This document shows positions 7,138 to 12,231 of a DNA stretch of 12,231 nucleotides, in pieces. Below the pieces are notes generated by a model. The model was not told the DNA's origin. It saw nothing but the letters and a program-made list of their open reading frames with translations, and ran no database searches. Source of the DNA: Nostoc sp. DedSLP01 (GTDB lineage: Bacteria; Cyanobacteriota; Cyanobacteriia; Cyanobacteriales; Nostocaceae); NCBI GenBank assembly GCA_034530875.2, contig JAVRCJ020000078.1:1-12231 (forward strand), written 5' to 3'. Within the stretch, counting starts at the first letter, position 1. Every line of letters starts with the position of its first letter. A program made the translations under genes and the position numbers.

Positions 7138-7275
7138 TTAGCGACGACGCGAGCGATCGTTCACAGGAATCGGAATCAGTTCCGGTTCCGGCTCGGCCTC
7201 TGGCCCTAAAAGGCTCTCAATTAGCTTACGTGCTAATTCCTTAAGCTTTTCTAGCACCTTTTCTATATAGTCCAT
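7138..7275 (-). CDS. atpT: 45-aa small protein, probable AtpTheta (Norf1) F0F1 ATP synthase inhibitor
   Basis: Translated by hand: [45 protein letters not shown]. It has an ATG, an AGGAG about 12 nt upstream and a TAA-TAG double stop. The amphipathic N-terminal helix, acidic/Pro-rich [10 protein letters not shown] and Arg tail match my recollection of the AtpTheta family. The ORF itself is well supported; the name is less certain. Confidence 0.72.
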   Translation of the reverse strand: MDYIEKVLEKLKELARKLIESLLGPEAEPEPELIPIPVNDRSRRR

Positions 7276-7434
7276 GAACTGATGGCTCCTGAGATACTAC
7301 CTCAATTTTTGATGAACAACTACGCAGCAAGTTGCGTATATTTGCACCTCTGGCTTGGCACTTAGCTAATCACAATCCCTATTTGGGGGATTAGCTACTT
7401 TCAAAATTTGCAGTTGTGTTCTGCCTTACTTTTT

Positions 7435-7443
7435 AGAGTATCA
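7435..7443 (-). promoter_or_regulatory. Candidate extended -10 promoter for the small ORF and aroQ
   Basis: Minus strand TG-A-TACTCT, implying a start site near 7428 and a ~150-nt leader. No clear -35. Confidence 0.4.
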
Positions 7444-7675
7444 CACTTACAACCTACCGAACTGCATCCTACCAAGGATGGGTATTAGGGGTCAAGAGTC
7501 AAGGGGAGGTGCTAATTTGTCAAGCTAAAATCTGCCACATTCAGGCTGACACGGGGATTAAGAGACATGGGGAGGCAAAGAGGGAGATTTTAAACTCCGC
7601 AAGGTTCCCTCGCTCGGTAGATCCTTGAAAATCTCAGTTGTGCTGTCAGCGTACCAAAGGTGCTAGACAAAATTG

Positions 7676-10342
7676 TTAACCTTCTGTAGTCTTTTTCTTC
7701 GTAGCTGTGGTTGATGACTTGGCAGTTGACTTAGATGCAGTTGACTTGGATTTAGAACTCGTTGATTTAGTTGTTTTACGAGTTGATTTTCCTGTGGATG
7801 CTTTAGCTGCCAATAATTCCAAAGCTGTAGCCAAGGTTATATCTTCTACTGATTGACCTTCTGGGATACTGGCATTAGTTTTGCCATGCTTGATGTAAGG
7901 CCCGTAAGGTCCATCGTAGATGTTGACTGGTGCATCGTCCTCTGGATGCGCGCCCAATTCCCGTAAAGCCGCCTTAGACTTACTGCTGGTGGAACTGCGT
8001 CCTTTTTTTGGCTCGGATAACAATTCCAGTGCACGTTCTAGGGTGACTGTTAATACATCATCGCCAGCTTTCAGAGAACGGTAATCTTTTCCTTCTTTAC
8101 CTTGGTCGTGAACGATATAAGGGCCAAAGCGCCCCAAACTTGCTTGGATTTTGCTGCCAGTAACCGGATGAGTTCCTAATGTCCGGGGCAGCGCCAACAG
8201 ACCAACAGCCATTTCCAAGGTAACGTTTTCTGGTGTAACGCCTTTGGGTAGAGAGGCTTGTTTCGGTTTGGGGTTTTCCTCAGACTTATCACCCAATTGA
8301 ACGTAAGGGCCGTAAGCGCCAATTTTCACATAAATTGGTTCGCCGGTTTCCGGATGGCGGCCTACCTGGTCAGGGCCAGTAGTTTTTTGCCGCAGCAATA
8401 CTTCTACTTGTTTGGGGTCGAGGTCAGCTGGAGTCAAGTCTTTGGGAATTGAAGCGGTAACAACACCGTCTCCATTTTCGACTTCAATGTAAGGGCCGTA
8501 TTTACCAATGCGGACTTTGGCTGCCAAATTTTCCAGTTCTACAGTTCTGGCTTTGGTGGCATCAATTTGGCTTTCCTGTTCTTTGACTAAAGTTTCCAGG
8601 CCTTTGTCTCCCAGATAAAATTGTCGCAGGTAGGGTAGCCACTTCGCTTCACCTGTGGCAATATCATCGAGGGTTTGCTCCATCTTCGAGGTAAAACTCG
8701 GATCGACGATATCTGGGAAATGTTTTTCCAGCAAGTCGGTGACAGCGAAAGCAGTGAAGGTGGGTATGAGGGCGTTACTCACCAATTGGGCGTAACCTTT
8801 GTCGATAATGGTGCCAATAATGCTGGCGTAGGTACTAGGACGACCGATGCCTTCACTTTCTAATGTTTTCACCAGAGTTGCTTCGGTGTACCTAGCTGGG
8901 GGCTGGGTTTCGTGACCAACTGCTTCTAGTTCGGTACAATTGGGGCGATCGCCTACTTTCAGGCTAGGTAAAATTACTTCTTGGTCTTCCAGTGCTGCTT
9001 CTGGGTCATCTGAACCTTCAACGTAAGCGCGTAAATATCCTGGAAATTCAATGCGCTTACCAGAAGAACGGAAACCAGCATCCTCGACTTGTAACTGTAC
9101 GCTAATTTGGGTTTGTCGAGAATCAGCCATTTGGCAGGCGACGGTACGCTTCCAAATCAAATCGTAAACGGCAAGTTCGCGACCGCCCAAACCAGTTTCT
9201 TGGGGAGTGCGGAAAGTGCTACCAGCCGGACGAATTGCTTCGTGTGCTTCTTGTGCGCCTTTGGATTTGGTGGTATATTGCCTCGGCTGGGGGCTGAGAT
9301 ATTGTTGACCGTAGAGTTTTTCTACACAACTTCTAGCAGCTGCGATCGCCTGATCTGACAAATGCACCGAATCTGTCCGCATATAGGTAATATATCCCTG
9401 TTCGTACAAATTCTGGGCAATTCGCATCGTATCCCGTGCAGAAAGGCGCAATTTCCGGTTAGATTCTTGTTGCAGCGTTGAGGTAGTGAACGGTGGCGAG
9501 GGTTTGCGCGTCACTGGACGTTCTTCAATGTCTGTGACATTCCAAGTTTTTCCAGTCAGGCGTTCCTTCAGGGCTACCGCTTGTTGTTCATTGAGCAACA
9601 AGACATTGCGACCTGCGACAATTTGTCCGGTTGCAGGGTCAAAATCACCGCCATTAGCGATTTTGGTTCCTCCCAGCGTCACCAACTGAGCAGCAAAAGG
9701 CGTTTTGTCTTTTTCTAAACTAGCCTTTAAATCCCAGTAAGTACCTTCACGGAAAGCGCGGCGCTGGCGTTCTTTGTTAACCAAAAGCCTGACTGCTACA
9801 GACTGTACCCGCCCAGCAGATAATCCCCAGGCGATTTTTTTCCATAGCAGCGGAGACAAAGTATAACCCACCAATCGGTCTAAAATCCGCCGTGTTTCTT
9901 GGGCGCGAACGAGTTGCTCATCGATATTGCGACAGTTTTTCAGCGCTTTTTTGATGGCATCTTGAGTAATTTCGTGAAACACCATCCGCTTAGTAGGAAC
10001 TTTCGGCTTCAGCAATTGGTATAAATGCCAACTAATGCTTTCACCTTCCCGGTCTTCGTCCGTTGCCAGAATCAGTTCATCTACATCCTTGAGCGCATCT
10101 TTGAGCTGGGTGACAATTTTCTTTTTGTCTTTCGGGACAACATATACCGGTTCAAAGTCGGCGTCCACATTTACCCCTAGCTGCGCCCATTTTTCTCCTT
10201 TGACGGCTGGGGGAATTTCAGTAGCCGACTGCGGTAAGTCACGCACATGACCCATAGACGCCTCTACCTTATAGCCTGATGGCAAGTAATTGCGAATGGT
10301 ACGAGCTTTGGTTGGAGATTCGACGATGACGAGAGTTGACAT
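7676..10342 (-). CDS. topA: DNA topoisomerase I (type IA)
   Basis: 888 aa. TOPRIM motifs [10 protein letters not shown] and [16 protein letters not shown], catalytic [10 protein letters not shown], and [10 protein letters not shown]. Four C-terminal Gx(Y/F)GPY repeats and a Lys/Ser/Thr-rich tail. Confidence 0.98.
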   Translation of the reverse strand: MSTLVIVESPTKARTIRNYLPSGYKVEASMGHVRDLPQSATEIPPAVKGEKWAQLGVNVDADFEPVYVVPKDKKKIVTQLKDALKDVDELILATDEDREGESISWHLYQLLKPKVPTKRMVFHEITQDAIKKALKNCRNIDEQLVRAQETRRILDRLVGYTLSPLLWKKIAWGLSAGRVQSVAVRLLVNKERQRRAFREGTYWDLKASLEKDKTPFAAQLVTLGGTKIANGGDFDPATGQIVAGRNVLLLNEQQAVALKERLTGKTWNVTDIEERPVTRKPSPPFTTSTLQQESNRKLRLSARDTMRIAQNLYEQGYITYMRTDSVHLSDQAIAAARSCVEKLYGQQYLSPQPRQYTTKSKGAQEAHEAIRPAGSTFRTPQETGLGGRELAVYDLIWKRTVACQMADSRQTQISVQLQVEDAGFRSSGKRIEFPGYLRAYVEGSDDPEAALEDQEVILPSLKVGDRPNCTELEAVGHETQPPARYTEATLVKTLESEGIGRPSTYASIIGTIIDKGYAQLVSNALIPTFTAFAVTDLLEKHFPDIVDPSFTSKMEQTLDDIATGEAKWLPYLRQFYLGDKGLETLVKEQESQIDATKARTVELENLAAKVRIGKYGPYIEVENGDGVVTASIPKDLTPADLDPKQVEVLLRQKTTGPDQVGRHPETGEPIYVKIGAYGPYVQLGDKSEENPKPKQASLPKGVTPENVTLEMAVGLLALPRTLGTHPVTGSKIQASLGRFGPYIVHDQGKEGKDYRSLKAGDDVLTVTLERALELLSEPKKGRSSTSSKSKAALRELGAHPEDDAPVNIYDGPYGPYIKHGKTNASIPEGQSVEDITLATALELLAAKASTGKSTRKTTKSTSSKSKSTASKSTAKSSTTATKKKTTEG

Positions 10343-10605
10343 GGAAATTTCAAAAAAAAGAATAGCTGCTAAGCTAAACAGTCAAATTGAGGTAATTTTT
10401 ACAAATTGTCAAGATATAACGTCACGCTTAGGGCGGTGATTTCATCCTCACACAAACTGCTTGCTTGGGAGAAAATCCGTCCTAAGTTAGGGCGCAGTCT
10501 TTCCCAGAGTATAGAAGAACAAAAGCCTGGATGTGAATTCCCAGCTATTTCAATCTTTAACTTATCTAACGCATAATTGGCGAGTACAGTTTTTAAAATA
10601 CTCCA

Positions 10606-10745
10606 ATTGGAGAATGGGGCATGGGGCATGAGGTATGGGCAAAGGGAAAGGGGAAAAGGGGAAAGATTAAATTTATTCCTTTTCCCTTTTCCCTTTAACC
10701 TTTTCCCCATATCCAATACCCGATGCCCCATGCCCAATGCCCAAT
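10606..10745. repeat. Nested inverted STRR heptamer array (~140-bp imperfect palindrome)
   Basis: Left arm: (ATGGGGC)-type units then (AAAGGGG)-type units. Right arm: (TTTTCCC)-type units then (ATGCCCC/A)-type units. The centre is near 10671. Confidence 0.85.
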
Positions 10746-10828
10746 CTTTAAGAGCTTGTGCCAAAATTAAACCAAACTCAAGCAAAAAAGCGAAGTAGGA
10801 TTTGTACCCATGTCAGGAAAGCAAAATC

Positions 10829-11122
10829 ATGCAACCAATTCGTCAAGGTGATGTTATCTTACTGCCTGTGAAGCAGGTTGAAGGACAAAAAATACCTCAT
10901 TTAACTTTGGCAGAAGGCGAAGTTACAGGTCATAAACATCAAATTACTGAAGGCAAGGCAGAATTATACGAAAAAGATAGCACGCTGTATTTACGAGTTT
11001 TTTCAGAGTCGGCATTGCTAGCTCATGAGGAGCATAAAGCTATTTCAATTCCCCAAGGTGACTGGATGGTAAGAATACAAAGAGAATACGAGCCTGAAGG
11101 TTGGCGGTATGTCGCTGATTGA
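10829..11122 (+). CDS. Conserved hypothetical 97-aa protein with His motifs, partner of the DUF6745-like gene
   Basis: ATG at 10829 with AGGAAAG upstream, preferred over the TTG at 10802. Motifs RQGDV, LAEGEVTGHKH, LAHEEH and QREY. Overlaps the next gene by 14 nt. Confidence 0.85.
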   Translation: MQPIRQGDVILLPVKQVEGQKIPHLTLAEGEVTGHKHQITEGKAELYEKDSTLYLRVFSESALLAHEEHKAISIPQGDWMVRIQREYEPEGWRYVAD

Positions 11123-12182
11123 AAAGTTAACGCCTGAGCAAGAGGCTTTGATTCCAGTTTATCGTGAGAAGTGGCAAAGAATTGCGCTTTCGACTGAGCG
11201 AGTCATTCGTGAAAAAGCCTCTGAAGCTGTAAAAGTTGCTTATACTGCCTTTGGCTTTGAACAACCTGAGATTATTTTTTGTGATAGTCCCTATGCTGCT
11301 TTCAATAAGATATTTTTGGAGCAAATTGACTATCAAATTGACCGATTAAAACAGAAAGCTGAATTCTCAACTATTAGAAGATTAAATCAATCCTTTTTAA
11401 GCAGAAAAAGATCCTTTGGAAGCCGAATACCAAACGGGCAGGAAGTATTTCAACCTCTGGCAGAGCCTTTTATTAAGCAAATAGAATTTTTTCATGAATT
11501 AATAGAGTCGCCAATATTTCAGGCAATATCAGATATTAATTTTGACAGCCTTTGGTTGGAATTGGATAGTAACCGTTGGGATAATGGACATAGACTCTTC
11601 TATAGACATCTCAAGCCCGAACTCCTTATAAAAATAAACGAAAAGTTAAAAAATCCATATTGGATAAAATTACCTAACCGGATTGGAAAGCGATTAAAGG
11701 ATTCTCTAAAAACACGTTTACAATTTAATATAGAGAATATTTATTCTAAATGCTGGCAACCAAATAGACATGTTACAGGAATTAGTGTATATGATTTTTA
11801 TTTTAAGGTTTTAAATTTTGATTATGATGTGGAAAAATTCCAGCACTACCAATCATTAATAACAGAATGTGGCTGGATTTTCGCTTTTGAAAAAGTAGCA
11901 ATTATCTGCGATCGCCCCCTTCACTTGCGCTTCGACAATCAAAATCGCCTCCACGCTGAAGGCGAACCCGCAATAGAGTATGCTGATGGATTTAGCCTCT
12001 ACTCCTATCACGGTGTAACCTTACCTGAAAAATACGGTAAAATCCACCCGCAGCAATGGCAACCTCAATGGCTTTTATCAGAGGAGAACGCCGAACTACG
12101 ACGAGTGTTAATTCAGGGTATTGGTTACGCTCGAATTTGCCAAGAATTACAAGCTATTAGACCTCTTGCAAAAGTCACTTAG
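11109..12182 (+). pseudogene. DUF6745-like protein, C-terminally truncated by an IS insertion
   Basis: Family-like N-terminus (IEKLTPEQEALIPVYREKW...FCDSPYAA) and C-terminal block (CGWIFAFEKVAIICDRP...RLHAEGEPAIEYADG...YHGV...ENAELRRVLIQGIGY). After QELQAI the frame reads into the IS end (RPLAKVT*). The ...CPSTG...LRVPP... tail I recall from homologues is absent. Confidence 0.7.
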
Positions 12183-12231
12183 GTAAATTCGGTTTGGGAG
12201 AGATGAAGCTCGTAATTGTAGAGAGCAGCAA
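12158..12231 (-). mobile_element. Right end of an IS5-family (ISL2/IS702-like) insertion sequence
   Basis: TAGACCTCTTGCAAAAGTC (12158-12176) resembles the terminal inverted repeat of cyanobacterial ISL2-group elements and abuts a transposase-like stop codon. The exact end is uncertain by 1-2 nt, and the other end is outside the window. Confidence 0.75.
12179..12231 (-). CDS. Transposase C-terminal fragment
   Basis: The minus strand reads AALYNYELHLSQTEFT*, matching the (RFNLI)AxxYNYEL C-terminus I recall for ISL2-group DDE transposases. Only 16 residues are visible. Confidence 0.68.
   Translation of the reverse strand, partial: AALYNYELHLSQTEFT

Larger units (their letters stand above)
1921..11915. 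repeat. HIP1 octamers GCGATCGC, 13 dispersed perfect copies
   Basis: Copies start at 1921, 2098, 2681, 2765, 3472, 3506, 3747, 4945, 5904, 6837, 8945, 9342 and 11908, plus one interrupted copy at 5064-5092. About 1 per kb, a cyanobacterial hallmark. Confidence 0.9.

Noticed and set aside
6952..7209. 85-aa minus-strand ORF in the track
   Set aside because: Overlaps both aroQ and the better-supported 45-aa ORF out of frame.
7438..7450. NtcA box (GTA...TAC) upstream of the small gene
   Set aside because: The spacer is N7, not N8. Similar near-misses around 5512 (N9) and 10796 (N7) were also rejected.
7846..10250. Short ORFs inside topA
   Set aside because: Shadow ORFs within a highly conserved gene.
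10385..10412. topA promoter based on the minus-strand TTGACA at 10412-10407
   Set aside because: No convincing -10 at 16-18-nt spacing (TCAATT or CAATTT); possible but unsupported.
10444..10453. Yfr1-like motif ATCCTCACAC
   Set aside because: Imperfect match to ACTCCTCACAC, with no flanking hairpins or terminator.
10606..10745. CRISPR array
   Set aside because: The units are tandem 7-mers without unique spacers, and no cas genes are present.
10399..10798. 128-aa (minus) and 73-aa (plus) ORFs
   Set aside because: They are largely translations of the heptamer repeats (GMGHR, KGKGK, PFPLS, PMPNA), a typical STRR artefact.
11127..11336. 69-aa minus-strand ORF
   Set aside because: Antisense shadow of the DUF6745-like gene.

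Overview
Chromosomal window from a cyanobacterium, very likely Nostocales: 13 perfect HIP1 octamers (GCGATCGC), heptamer STRR repeats and a psbA gene. From left to right it holds: (1) the 5' end and promoter of psbA (minus strand, runs off the left edge, missed by the ORF track); (2) a spacer with two plus-strand terminators; (3) a Rieske non-heme iron oxygenase divergent from a TetR regulator, with two near-identical palindromic operators between them; (4) a minus-strand run, in transcription order topA, a 45-aa small protein missed by the track and resembling AtpTheta/atpT, aroQ, a degenerate ADP-ribosylglycohydrolase-family gene and a 7TM-HD (PgpH-like) phosphohydrolase, the last carrying two in-frame HIP1-associated insertions; (5) a long nested STRR palindrome; (6) a coupled pair of uncharacterised genes (His-motif small protein plus DUF6745-like protein), the second cut by the end of an IS5-family (ISL2/IS702-like) element at the right edge. 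All family assignments come from motif recognition by eye; no database searches were run.
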